Of a DNA stretch of 64,000 bases, positions 30,614 through 42,040 are shown piece after piece (position 1 is the stretch's first letter; each line of letters begins with the position of its first letter). The position numbers were made by a program, and so were the translations under genes. The notes beneath the pieces were generated by a model. It was given only the letters and a program-made list of their open reading frames with translations, was not told the origin of the DNA and searched no databases. Source of the stretch: Blastocladiella emersonii ATCC 22665 (lineage: Eukaryota; Fungi; Blastocladiomycota); contig JANHCV010000010.1 of assembly GCA_025594325.1 (NCBI GenBank), positions 992,001 to 1,056,000 of the forward strand, given 5' to 3'.

Positions 30614-31390
30614 GGTGGTGGTTGAGGGGGACTTGGGTTGTTGAGAGAAGCTGGCTTGGTCGGCTGGTGAGGATCAGACGGTTGGAGGGCGGGGGACGCG
30701 ACTGCTCTTTATACTCTCGCAGTTGCTGGTGCGTGGCGCTCGCTTTTGACGGTGCTCGGCGCGACGCGTCGCTTCAACTCGGACCATTCGATACGGCCTC
30801 ATTCAGCGGCGAGATTGCAGGTTGAAGTGAGCCACAACGAGTGGGTCGCACCTGCCGATCCTGTGTCCGCTTCGGGTGCGACCGCTGACCGCCGACTCCA
30901 ATATGCAGGACCCGGTGACGCGCAGGATCCAGTGACGAGTTGGTCGGTGGCGCAGCGCGCGCGTGCGTGCGTGCAAAAGTTGTTTCTGATCTCCAGATTG
31001 GGTATTGGGTGGCCCACGCTGCCCCGCCCGCCGCTGTGCACGCGCTACGCCCAACCTTGGAAAACTTACCTGCAGCCGTGAAATGAGGCCGCGAGATGAG
31101 GACCGACCACCGACCCGGCTCAACTGCCTCGAAACTCGAAAAACGTGGAACTGGGGACACGGCGAGGTCGGCCGCGAGCGAAGGTCGCCTACCAAGTTGG
31201 AGCATTGTCGTCGGAGCCGAAAAGGGGGCACGGCAAGCCGCGACCCGCGTCCGGACATGGCGGAAATGGAGAGACGACGCGTCGCTCACGTCGGCGTGAC
31301 CGAGCGCCACCCGGGAACGGCCGGGTCACCGACGACAGCCGCCCGTGCGCGTACTCCTCCCCACCAACCGTCCCATGAATACAACAGCAA

Positions 31391-34300
31391 ATGGACTCGA
31401 TGCAACGAGAAAATGAAGCACTTCCTGATGCACACGGGCCGCCTCCGCGTGGGCGGCGTGAGGAGTCGCACGGCGACGCACCCGAGGGCGACGAGTTCTA
31501 TGCTTCTCAACCAGTCGAGAGTTATCGTGGCACTGTGAGCGCCACCATCTTGCGTCTCCTGCGGCGGAAGCCCGACCAGGTCGCGCTCGTGGTGTTGGTC
31601 GCCTTCCTCGCGCTTGTCACCGCGGTGACGCTGGGGCTGCGCTCCACTGCCAGACCCTCGGTGCCCGGTGCAGAGTACCTGACGGGGTTCTCGGCAACCC
31701 GCGCTCGCCATCACCTCGAGCGCATCACCGTCACGGAGCACCCGACGCCGTCGCGTGCCAACTGGGACGTGCGCGCCTACCTCGCCACGGTGCTCGGCGA
31801 CCTCGCATCCTCGCCGGCGGGCCAGTCTCGTGGTGTGACCCTTGTCAAATCGACGGGATACGTCGTCGATTCTCGCGCGGACGGTACTTGACTCGTCCGC
31901 TCCTGAGTCTTGACCTGCGTCCCACTCACACCCTACTCTGTAGACTTGCTCAGTTTCCGCGACATAAGCGCAGGCGACGTGACCGTCATGCAGTCGTCCA
32001 ACCTGTACCTGCGCATCCCCGGGAAGCGGGAGCGCGAGAGCGGTGACCGCACCTCGCTGATGCTCTCGTCGCACTACGACTCGGTCGCCACGTCGCGCGG
32101 GGTCGGCGACGACGGTCTCGGTGTTGTTGCGATGCTTGAGCTGGCGCGCGTGCTCATCGAGTCCCCGACCGCGCTATCATACTCGGTGCTCCTCAACTTC
32201 AACAATGCCGAGGAGACGGGCCTGTACGGCGCGCAGGCGACTGTCCGCGATCCGCTGTGGCGAGACGTGGCTGCATTTATCAACATTGGTATGCAACTGC
32301 TAGCAAGTCGAGCTCTCATCGCTGATGCTAATCCGCCTCGTGCGTAGACTCGGTGTGTCCGACGGGCCGCCCGCTGCTGTACCGGTCCACGTCGCGCGAG
32401 ATGGTCGAGATATTCCAGCAGTTTGCGCCGTACCCGCACGCATCGGTGCTCGGCCAGGAGCTCATGGACGCGGGCCTCATTGCGAGCGACACTGACTAGT
32501 GCGTGTTCAGCCACGGGTTCGTGATTGCGGCCAACTCATACCCGCTCTGTAGCTCCGTGTATTGGCGGCACAACGTGACGGGCGTCGATTTTGCGTTTTG
32601 TACGCCCGCGACTCGACCATCCCCGCTCGAGCGAAGCCACTCACAGCTGCGACGTGTAGACGATCGCCGATGGGTGTACCACACGGACCTCGACGCGCTC
32701 CCGCTGGTCGAGGACGAGTCGATTGCGCACCTCGGCGTCAACATCCTGGGCCTGATGCGCGGCATCGACACCGTGGGCATCGAGCACGTCCGCCGCCTGC
32801 CCGAGCGCCGCAACGCCGTCGTGTTCACCGACTACGCGGGTCACTCGATGCTTGTCCTTGGGTACCGCGGGCTCGCCGTCGTGCTGCTCGCGAGTGCCGC
32901 CGTGTTCGTGCTCGTGCCCGCCGCGTGGTCCGCCGCCTTCGCAGTCACGGGCTCCGCCGCCACGCGGGTCTCGATCCGGCCGTGGTCGGGCCACGTCCTC
33001 GGCGTGCGGCTGCGCGCGTGGACCAAGTCGACGCTCGCGGTACTTGGCGCCCTGTTCGCCAACCTCGTCGCGACGACGCTGGTCCTCGGGTCGCTGCTGA
33101 CGTGGGTGCAGCCCATGGCCGTGTCGGGTCGCCCCGGTCTCATCCTCGTGCTCGGCATCGCCACCTCGCTGCTCGTCTCAGCGCTCACTCTGATTGCTGC
33201 AGCTGCGTGGGCAGCACCACACGTGTTGTCCGATTACGGCGGTGGTCCACCCAGTCACCTCGGCGTCGGCCGACTCCACGTTCGCGTGCAGCGCGGCACC
33301 CTCGGCGCGTGGCTCGTCCTGCTCGTGCTCGCTGGTGTCACGGCCACGACAACGGCGTTCCTCTCGCACTTTTTGTGGTTCGCTGTGTGCCTCTTTGGCG
33401 CCTCGCTCGCCGTTGACGCGCTCGCGTGGACCGCCCTGAATACTCGACCCGCCCTGCTCGGCCACACGGTCGTCGTCACCACCGCCACCGAGTCACCCCA
33501 CCGTCACGACGACGACGACGAGCGCACCACTCTGCTCCCCGTCGCCGTCCCGAAAATCGACCCGGCGACGGCTGCCGTGTGCCGCGCACTGCTGACGCCG
33601 CAGCGGTCCCGCGGCCGCGCGTGGGGCTACCTTCTGCTCTTCGCGGCGGCGTCGGCGTGGCCGCTGCTCGTGACGCTCGACCTCGCGCTCAACTACGTCA
33701 TGGGGCTCGCCTTCTCGACGCAGGAGGGCCTGCCCGGCTGGGTCGTCGCCGCGTTCGTCGCCTTTATGGCGGGTCCTGTCGCGCTCAACACGGGCGTCGT
33801 GTTTGCCGCGCTCTCGCCGCGCACGCTCCGCGGCGTCGTCCTGACCCTCTCCGCCGTCGTGTTTGTGCTGTGTTCGCTCGCCGCGGTGCTGTTCCCGTTC
33901 ACACCCGCCGCGCCGCTCAAGCTGCAGCTCGCCATCACGACCGCGTCCAACACGATCGTCGGCAGCGACACGCTCGCGTCGCTCCTCGCGGGCACCGGGT
34001 CGACCATCCCGCTGACCATGGTACCGCCGCCCGCCGCGTCGCCGACCGTCTCGCTCGCCATGATGCCGGCGGCGGGCAGCCAGGCCGTCGACCCCGCGGC
34101 GCTGCTGGGGGACGGCGTCAAGCCCGACGCGTGCAACCCGTACCGGTTCGGCACGCGGCGGTGCACGTACCCCGCGTCGGCGCTCGGCGCGGCGGCCAAC
34201 GTGACGTGGCCCGCCGCGACGTTTGCGCTGCGTCGTGCCGGCTCGCAGGCGCCGCAGCTCCCGTCGGGCGAGGCGCCCATGGCCGAGCTAACCATGACTG

Positions 34301-34749
34301 TGCCTGCTGGGTTCGTGACGTGTTCGACGACGGGCATCGCGCCGCCCAGCTTAGCGGGCGACAACTCGGTGGCGACGCTCGTCGTGCCCGCAGCGGGACC
34401 CAAGGCCATTCCGCTGCGCAGCAACCGGTTCACGTACCTGCACGCGGATCCGCACTCGGCGCCCGTCGAGCTGCGCATGTACCTCCCGCGCGCGTGGCTC
34501 GAGACGCAGTGGTCGCTGCAGTGTCGCGTGCACTCCAACGACGGCGTGCTCGGCCAGAACTCGACCACGGAGCCGTATGCGCTGTACCGCGAGGTGCTGC
34601 GGCGCGTTCCCGACTGGGTCGCCGTGACGCTGACGGAACGCGGGCTCGTCGCGGCCGACTACGCCGTCAACTTTATGCCGGCGAACCCGCGGCCGCAGGC
34701 ACGAGGCGACGAGTGGTCGATTGCGTCGCTGCTCAGCATGCTCTTCTGA
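31391..34749 (+). CDS. M28 family multi-pass membrane metallopeptidase (ERMP1/Pff1-like), 5 exons
   Basis: Zn-ligand motifs SSHYDSV, GVGDDGLG, NNAEETGLYGA, FINID, SDTDY and YHTDLD joined by four short GT-AG introns, followed by multiple TM helices. Confidence 0.9.
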
Positions 34750-35266
34750 GTGCTGGATACCAATGTATACATCTCAATCTTGCACCGATCACGCCCCGAA
34801 TCACGTCATGAGTAGCAGCGAGGACGTTGAGAGTTACGTCGGCCGGTCAAAGGTCGACGGTGAGCTCATGGCTCGCGTCACGTCGCCCAAGCGGTTTACA
34901 CTGACCAAGCGAGTCACAATCAAAATTGCAGCGGGTGTCGATATCGCCGCGGTGCCATCATCGCGTGCGTCTTTCACCGCATCATCGAGTGTCGAACGAC
35001 TGGGGAGCATGGTTTGAGGAGCAGCCAACTTGCTCACGTTTTAAGTATGACAACTACACCTGCTCTCTTAGATCCGTCGATACGCATCACTTCATTCAGC
35101 GCAGCTAGGGGTTACATTCAGACTCGGCCTCCCTTCGACAGGGCTTGGTGGACGCGTTGCGCCACAGCGTGACTTGCATCACAGCTTCATCAGACCAACC
35201 CCGCTCGCGCGCAAAGGTCTAGGAGCGACGTGAATCAAACTCGATCAGAACATATATTTTTTTACC

Positions 35267-36247
35267 TCACTGAGGCTTGGGAGCCTTCTTCTTGTTGCTG
35301 CGAGCCCGCTCTACTTCCTTGAGGTTCCACCTGGCCTCTTCTGGGTCGAGCTCCCCGTTGAGCGAGAGCGAGGTCAGAACCGGGAACGCACGCGACTGGA
35401 CCAGTACCGCAAGCTGAGGGTCGACCGTGTTCCGTGAAAGATTGAGGCACTCGAGAGTCACGGGCAGCGCCGGCACAATCTTCTTCATCCACTCCATGGT
35501 GAGTCCGCACGACGCCAGCTCGAGGCGCTGGAGGGCCGTCGCCTTCTTGAGCCATGCCACGAGGGCGGTGACACCCGCAAGATTGAATGTGACGAACGAG
35601 AGATTGAAGTGGGTGAGATGCGCGGGGAGATGCTTGAGAAGCGCGACCACACCCCCGCGCAAGATTTTGCATTCCTCGAGCGACAGCCTGCGCAGCGTCT
35701 GCGGCAGAGACCGAGCCAAGTCATCCATCTTGGCCTTGTCAAACATTGTCCCGTCAAGGATGAGCGAAGAAATGCGAAGTGCCGTGTGGGTCATGGCCCG
35801 CACGGAAGAGGCGAGCCGTGTTCCATCGTGGCTACCACGCACGTCAAACTCTGAAAGGGCAGGAAGGCACCCGTCCAGCAACAAATGGAAGAAAGTCTGT
35901 CTGGTGAATCTACCGTCGATTTTGAGCGTGCGGAGCTGGGTGAGCTTCGCCTTGTAAAGGCCGGCAAAGGCGCTGCGATCCAAGACGTTGCTCGTGAGAT
36001 CGAGAGACTCCAGCGACGGCGGAAGGCAAGAAAGCACGCGCTCCCCAAGCTCGAACTTCACAGTTGACGGAGAAAGGCTGAGGGTCCGGAGCAAAGTGGG
36101 CTCTTTCCACTTGCGGAGGTAGACCACCATCCCGCGCAAGTCGGATGGGTCGTGCAGCCGAGCGGCGCGGGCGAGGATCGCGTCGATGATCTCGTCCGGT
36201 AGCGTTTGCCGGTGCGTATTCATGGGTTGCATGCTGTGTATGATCAT
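35267..36247 (-). CDS. Short F-box-like + LRR paralog (internally deleted relative to 36461-38293)
   Basis: MQPMNTHRQTLPDEIIDAIL N-terminus, then joins almost directly to VLSCLPPSLESLDL, which matches VFRCLPPSLECLDL about two-thirds through the neighbour. Confidence 0.75.
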   Translation of the reverse strand: MIIHSMQPMNTHRQTLPDEIIDAILARAARLHDPSDLRGMVVYLRKWKEPTLLRTLSLSPSTVKFELGERVLSCLPPSLESLDLTSNVLDRSAFAGLYKAKLTQLRTLKIDGRFTRQTFFHLLLDGCLPALSEFDVRGSHDGTRLASSVRAMTHTALRISSLILDGTMFDKAKMDDLARSLPQTLRRLSLEECKILRGGVVALLKHLPAHLTHFNLSFVTFNLAGVTALVAWLKKATALQRLELASCGLTMEWMKKIVPALPVTLECLNLSRNTVDPQLAVLVQSRAFPVLTSLSLNGELDPEEARWNLKEVERARSNKKKAPKPQ

Positions 36248-36460
36248 GATCTTGCTATATTAATGGAGAGGGTGGATCAAACGAGCTTCCGAGCAAGATA
36301 AACTTGAAATGTCTCCCGTCACATGATATCGCGACGCGTCTCACACCGCGTCTCCGCCACCTCGGCGCGAGGCAACTTTGCACCTGCAAAGGTGCGCACG
36401 ACTCAAAACAGGTCAGAAGTCATCATATCCCATGTCTACCAACAACTCTGCGCGCCAAAT

Positions 36461-38293
36461 TCAATGGAGCAGGCCCTGCATCTCCGCCTTGGCCGCCTCG
36501 GATACCGCTGTCCCGTTGAGCGACACGAGTGAAAGGGCCGGTAAAGCCCTCGACCGGAACAGCTCGACGATCGTATCGCCAATCGGGTTCCCACGAAGTT
36601 CCAGGAAATCGAGCGCGTCGGGCAACGCAGGCACGATCCGCGCCAGATCCTGCATGTCAAGCTTGCACAGGGACAGGTTGAGACTGCGAAGCGGCGATGC
36701 CGTCGGGAGCCATGCGACAAGCGCAGAGACTTCCTCGCAATCCATGTCCACCTCTTCGAGGTCGATGTGGGTCAAGTGGTCCGCGGCAAGATGCTCAAAC
36801 AAGTGGACCATTCGATTCTGGCGGTGGGTTCGAATGATCATCCAGTACGACTTTTTGAACGAGAGCTTGTGCAGCGTGCGCGGTAGCGAGCGTGCCAAGC
36901 TGGCCATGTCGGTCATTCCCAACTGGCACCAGTAGAAGGAGAGCGACGTGAGCTGAGGGGCCGCGCCAAGAATGTAGGGGAGATTTTCTGCATAGTCTTC
37001 GTGTCCCAAGGATGTGATCAGCTCTAAATCGGTCAAAGCAGGGAATCCGCAGGTCGCCAGGGGCCGGAGGTAGAGAGATTTCAGCGAGCCAACTTTGAAT
37101 TTCAGCGAAGCGAGCCGCGGGAGGTTCGCCGAAGCAAGGTTGACAAGCCTGTAATCTTTGCTGTAGGAAGTTGTGAGGTCGAGACATTCGAGCGACGGGG
37201 GCAGGCAGCGGAATACTTTGTCCCTTATGGACCCGACCTTTAGGGAGCGAAGGCACCCAAGCTGTGTCAACCGCTGGGGGAGAGTTCGAGGCATACCACC
37301 GTACTTGACGTATCCCCAGAAATCAAGCGCCACGAGGTTGATAGGAAGGTTGGAAGCAAGAAGCTCCACTCCCGCGCGATTACCTTGATAGAAAGGAAGC
37401 AGCAGCTGATCAAGGCCTGGCGGGAGGTGCTCGATCAGCGCAGCGGCTGAAAGCTCGGTCAGCTCGCACTTTTCCATACGAAGACTCTTGAGCCCCGGTG
37501 GTAAGTGAGCGGCAAGTGCGCACACTTCAGAGGCCGGCATCTTGCACTCGTCAAGTCGGAGTTCGACAAGGGAGGATGGAAGCGACGCGAGCACGCCGTC
37601 AAGGCGTAGAGTCCGGTTCTTGCTCAAATCAAGATTGGTGACCGAGTTGGGAAGCTCAAGCCGGCACTGACGAAGCGCACCGAGATCACAGCAGACAAGC
37701 GAGATTTCGGAGACGCGCTGGCTGGGCGAGGCGAGCGCTCGATTCAGCTGGTCGATCCCGTTGTCCGAGATCCGTTTGGCTTCGAGTTTGACCGTCTCGA
37801 TCTGTCCAGAAGCAATGCCGTCGACCAGACCCGCGATCGCCGCGTCGCCAGGCGCGACTCCCGGCAACACATCGCCCTGGAGCGCGACTTTGAAAGCCTG
37901 CTCGTTACAGTACGTGAAGTCGACGAAGTGCTGCTGCCCGCGCCAGAACTTGGTCACCTCGTCAAACCCCTTCTCGATCGCGTCGAAGAGCGTCTTGCCG
38001 CACATCTTGAACGGGGTCACGCCGGCAGCGTCAAGAAACTCGAGAAAATCGAGCTCGCCGTTACGCACGGCCAAGGCCGCATCGCCCGCGTCAACGAGGC
38101 GACGCGCAACGAAGCGAGACAGCTTGGGCGCGCGGTAGCGCGGAAGGACGCAAAGGTACACCGAGAGCTTGTCCAGCTCGCCCTCGGGGCGCGATTTAGC
38201 ATAGTAGCAGTTCAAATTCGTGGCGAGGATCAGGATCTCCTCGATGATCTCGTCCGGGAAAGCTCGGCGGTGGTCAGGATGCATTGGTTTCAT
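36461..38293 (-). CDS. F-box-like + ankyrin-like + RNI-like LRR protein (expanded family), intronless
   Basis: AFPDEIIEEILILA F-box-like start, LAVRNGELDFLEFL and DAIEKGFDEVTKFW ankyrin-like units, then about 10 LRRs. Confidence 0.85.
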   Translation of the reverse strand: MKPMHPDHRRAFPDEIIEEILILATNLNCYYAKSRPEGELDKLSVYLCVLPRYRAPKLSRFVARRLVDAGDAALAVRNGELDFLEFLDAAGVTPFKMCGKTLFDAIEKGFDEVTKFWRGQQHFVDFTYCNEQAFKVALQGDVLPGVAPGDAAIAGLVDGIASGQIETVKLEAKRISDNGIDQLNRALASPSQRVSEISLVCCDLGALRQCRLELPNSVTNLDLSKNRTLRLDGVLASLPSSLVELRLDECKMPASEVCALAAHLPPGLKSLRMEKCELTELSAAALIEHLPPGLDQLLLPFYQGNRAGVELLASNLPINLVALDFWGYVKYGGMPRTLPQRLTQLGCLRSLKVGSIRDKVFRCLPPSLECLDLTTSYSKDYRLVNLASANLPRLASLKFKVGSLKSLYLRPLATCGFPALTDLELITSLGHEDYAENLPYILGAAPQLTSLSFYWCQLGMTDMASLARSLPRTLHKLSFKKSYWMIIRTHRQNRMVHLFEHLAADHLTHIDLEEVDMDCEEVSALVAWLPTASPLRSLNLSLCKLDMQDLARIVPALPDALDFLELRGNPIGDTIVELFRSRALPALSLVSLNGTAVSEAAKAEMQGLLH

Positions 38294-38596
38294 CGTTTAT
38301 TACATTCATTGGCGCTCGAAGCGTTCGGAGAGCGTGGACTGATCGCGGCGCTCGCTCGCGCCCAAAGCCTCGCGCTCGTTCCAGCTGAAACATTTCGAAG
38401 CGATGTCAGCGCTCGCGACTTTGCCAACGCTTCACGAACTCGCGCGAACCAAGCCAGCTCGAAAGAAACGAGGTAGAGGATGAAATCAAAAAAGTGATAC
38501 ATTGTTCAATTCAGTCTAGAGCGCAGCTAAGGCGGGCGCGCGCGCGTGGTACTACTAAGGAGAAGAGGGTGATGGAACAAGCCCGAACACACAACC

Positions 38597-41500
38597 TTAC
38601 TCAAGAACGACGACGCCCATGCGGTCGCGGCCGGCGGAGGCGCGGAACGCGGCGACGACGCGGTTCTGGAGCTGGGTCTTGCGGATCGCGTCGGCCCACT
38701 GCTCGCGGGCGCGGTGGCCGTCGACGGTCGCGGCGAGGCCCGTGGCGCGCTCGCCCGCGGGCGTAGCGGCCGCAGCCTCGATGGACGCAACCTCGACGGG
38801 GTCGTTCTCCTTGGCGTAGAACTTGTCCTCGAACCACGAGCGGCCGACGTCGGGGAGCACCTTGATGACGACGGCGAGCGGGAGCGAGACGAGGCCGAGG
38901 GCGAGGGTGATGATCCACTCGACGGCGGTGAGGGGCACGACGCCGAACACGATGGAGCCGAACTCGATGATGAGGACCTGGAGGACCGCGATGAACAGGA
39001 TGATGCCCATGAACATGTTGTTCTTGGTCATGCCCTTGAACACGTTGATCTCGCCGTGGATCATGCGCCCGTTGAACAGGTTGAACAGCTGCATCCAGAC
39101 AAACGCGTTGAAGACGATGGCCGACTTGTGCTTGTGGTCAATGTGGTCGTCGAACCCGAACAGCGAGCCCGACAGGTACGCGAGGATCGTGGTGGTGACC
39201 ACCTGGTACAGCGACTGGCCGAAGATCATCTTCCACATGTCGTACGAGATGAGCGGGTCCGACTTCTTGTGCGGCATGCGGTCGAGCAGCGTCTCCGAGG
39301 GCGGGTCCGTGGCGAGCGCGAGCGCCGCGAGCGTGTCCATGATGAGGTTGACCCACAGCAGCTGCACCGCCGTGATGACCGCCTCCGAGTTGGGGTCGAC
39401 GGCCGCCGTGATCATGGCGAGCCCGACCGCCGTCACGTTGACCGACAGCTGGAACTGCAGGAACTTGCGCACCGCGTCGTACACGGACCGGCCCCACATG
39501 ACGGCCTTGGCGAGCGACGCAAAGTTGTCGTCCATGAGGATGATGTCCGACGCCTCCTTGGCCACCTCGGTCCCGGCAATGCCCATGGCGAACCCTACGT
39601 CGGCGGCCTTGAGCGCGGGCGCGTCGTTGGTGCCGTCGCCCGTGACAGCGACAGTCTCGCCGAGCTCCTTGAGCTTGTTGACGAGGATGCGCTTGTCGAG
39701 GGGCGACGAGCGGGCGAGAACGCGCAGGCGGGGCAGGAGCTTCTTCATCTCGGCGTCCGACAGCACGCGGAACTGCGGGCCCTCCATGACGACCTCGCGG
39801 CTCTCGTCGCGCAGGATCCCGCACCGCTTGGCAATGTTCTTGGCCGTGACGCCGTTATCGCCCGTGACCATGCGCACGACGATCCCGGCCTTCTGGCACC
39901 GCTCGACGGCGGGCGGCACCTCGGGGCGGAGCGGGTCCTCGATACCAGCGACACCGATCCAGATGAGCCCGGCCATGTCGAGGTCGTGCGCGAGCTCCTC
40001 GCCGGCGGCGGGCGCGCGGATGTCCTTGTACGCGACACCGATGGTGCGCAGCGCGTTGGTCGCGTACGCGAGGATCTGGCCGTTGAACCAGTCGCGGCGG
40101 TCGGCCGTCAGGGGCACGACGTGGCCGTGCTCGTCGACCATGTAGTCGCACGAGGCCAGGATGAGCTCCGAGGCGCCCTTGGCGAAGAGGCGCGCGTCGC
40201 CCGTGACGGGGGCGGCGGGCGCGGACTCGGCGGCGGGGAGGTGCGCGTTGAACGAGATCTCGGCCGAGTTGGACTGGGCCTTGGCGATGACCGTCGACAT
40301 GCGCTTGCGGTCCGACGAGAAGGGGATGACGCCGAGCTGGACGGCGGCCTGGCGGTCGAGGTTGAAGGACGTGGACAGCAGCGACGAGAACTCGAGCAGG
40401 GCGCACTCGGTCTTGGACCCGACGAGGATCTTGAGCCCGGCCTCGTCGACGCCCTCGTACGCCGTCGAGTTGATGTTGACCGACTGCGTAAGGACCTGGC
40501 GCGCCGCGGCCGGGATCTCGGGGGCCATGAGGCGCGGGCGCAGCTGCTCCTGGGTCTCGAACACGACGCCGCCGTTGAAGAAGGAGCCCTGGACCACCGT
40601 CATCTTGTTCTGCGTGAGCGTGCCCGTCTTGTCCGAGCAGATGGTGGTGGCGCCGCCCATGGTCTCGCACGACGACAGCACGCGCACCAGGTTGTTGTCC
40701 TTGAGCATGCGGATCGTCGCGTACCCGAGCGACAGCGTGACCGCCATGGGCAGGCCCTCGGGCACCGACACGACAATGACCGTGACGCCCGTGATGAAGA
40801 TCTTGATGATGCGCTCGGCGATCTTGGACCCGTCGGTCGGGTTGCCGTTCGGGTCGAGCGTGAAGCCCGACTTGCCGTACAGGATGAAGAACTTGATGAG
40901 CGAGATGACGACGATGAGGCCGGCGGCCGCGATACCGAAGTTGGCGATGGTGCCGGCGAGGTCGTTGAGCTTGACCTGGAGCGGGGTGAACTCGGACTCG
41001 CCCGAGCGCAGCGCGATCATGGACCGGCCCTGCAGCGAGTGCTGGCCGACGGACGTGACGACGTAGGTGCAGATGCCCTCGATGATCTTGGACCCGGAGA
41101 TGAGGTAGCGGTCGCCCGTGAGCTTCTTGGACACGGCGTCCGTCTCGCCCGTGACCGTCGACTCGTCGGCCTTGCAGTTGTGGCCCGACAGGAACACGCC
41201 GTCGGCGGGGACGAGGTCGCCCGTGGCGAGGTGCACAATGTCGCCGACCATGAGGTGGATGACGGGGATGGTGGCCTGGGCGGGCTCGGCGCCCGAGTGG
41301 ACGCGGCGCGTGACCGTGATGACCGAGGTGAGGCCGCGCTGCGACGACAGGAAGCGGAACTGTAGCGCCTTCTTGTAGTCGTTGACGGCGTTGACCATGA
41401 CGACGAAGGCGACGGTGCCGAGGATGGCCACGCCCTCGATCCACTCGTACGGGTCGCCGCCCGAGTACTTCATGTACATGCCGATGCCGATGGACACGAT

Positions 41501-42040
41501 GGCGGCGACGAGCAGGATGCGGAGCATAAGGTCCTCGAGCGCCTCCCACATGAGCGCGAGCAGCGACGGCGGTGGCGAGGGCGGGAGGAAGTTGGTGCCG
41601 TAGGCATGGCGGCGGGCCTTGAAGGAGGCGAGCTCGTGGCCCTCGGGGAGCAGGTCGTGGACGGCGGCGAGCTCCTGGTTGCCGCCCGACTCGAGGCGGT
41701 CGTCGCCGGGGACGCCGGCCTCGTCGCCCGCCAGACCGGTCTCGAGGTCGGTGCGCAGGTGCTTGGCGAGGCCCTCGACGCCGCCGAGCTTGGCGAGCAG
41801 GTCGTCGTCGCGGTTGTCGGTCAGCTCCTGCAGCGTCTCGATGGCGAGCGGGAACGACGGGTGCGAGTTGAAGACGGGCTCGGCCGACGCCATCTTGACC
41901 TTGGCCGTCTTGCCGACGGGCGCCGGCTCGGCGATGGCCGTGGCCGAGGACGTGGCCGTGTCGGCGGCACCGGCGGGCCGCAGCTCAATGTCGGAGAGCA
42001 GGTGGTCGTTGCTTGGCGCTCGGGTGAGAGAGCCAGTCAT
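38597..42040 (-). CDS. PMC1: P2B (PMCA/Pmc1-type) Ca2+-transporting ATPase, intronless
   Basis: DESTVTGE, VVSVPEGLP, ICSDKTGTLT, FSSDRKRM, KGASE, MVTGDN, VTGDGTNDAPAL and QLLWVNLIMDT. Likely ATG at 42040. Confidence 0.97.
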   Translation of the reverse strand: MTGSLTRAPSNDHLLSDIELRPAGAADTATSSATAIAEPAPVGKTAKVKMASAEPVFNSHPSFPLAIETLQELTDNRDDDLLAKLGGVEGLAKHLRTDLETGLAGDEAGVPGDDRLESGGNQELAAVHDLLPEGHELASFKARRHAYGTNFLPPSPPPSLLALMWEALEDLMLRILLVAAIVSIGIGMYMKYSGGDPYEWIEGVAILGTVAFVVMVNAVNDYKKALQFRFLSSQRGLTSVITVTRRVHSGAEPAQATIPVIHLMVGDIVHLATGDLVPADGVFLSGHNCKADESTVTGETDAVSKKLTGDRYLISGSKIIEGICTYVVTSVGQHSLQGRSMIALRSGESEFTPLQVKLNDLAGTIANFGIAAAGLIVVISLIKFFILYGKSGFTLDPNGNPTDGSKIAERIIKIFITGVTVIVVSVPEGLPMAVTLSLGYATIRMLKDNNLVRVLSSCETMGGATTICSDKTGTLTQNKMTVVQGSFFNGGVVFETQEQLRPRLMAPEIPAAARQVLTQSVNINSTAYEGVDEAGLKILVGSKTECALLEFSSLLSTSFNLDRQAAVQLGVIPFSSDRKRMSTVIAKAQSNSAEISFNAHLPAAESAPAAPVTGDARLFAKGASELILASCDYMVDEHGHVVPLTADRRDWFNGQILAYATNALRTIGVAYKDIRAPAAGEELAHDLDMAGLIWIGVAGIEDPLRPEVPPAVERCQKAGIVVRMVTGDNGVTAKNIAKRCGILRDESREVVMEGPQFRVLSDAEMKKLLPRLRVLARSSPLDKRILVNKLKELGETVAVTGDGTNDAPALKAADVGFAMGIAGTEVAKEASDIILMDDNFASLAKAVMWGRSVYDAVRKFLQFQLSVNVTAVGLAMITAAVDPNSEAVITAVQLLWVNLIMDTLAALALATDPPSETLLDRMPHKKSDPLISYDMWKMIFGQSLYQVVTTTILAYLSGSLFGFDDHIDHKHKSAIVFNAFVWMQLFNLFNGRMIHGEINVFKGMTKNNMFMGIILFIAVLQVLIIEFGSIVFGVVPLTAVEWIITLALGLVSLPLAVVIKVLPDVGRSWFEDKFYAKENDPVEVASIEAAAATPAGERATGLAATVDGHRAREQWADAIRKTQLQNRVVAAFRASAGRDRMGVVVLE

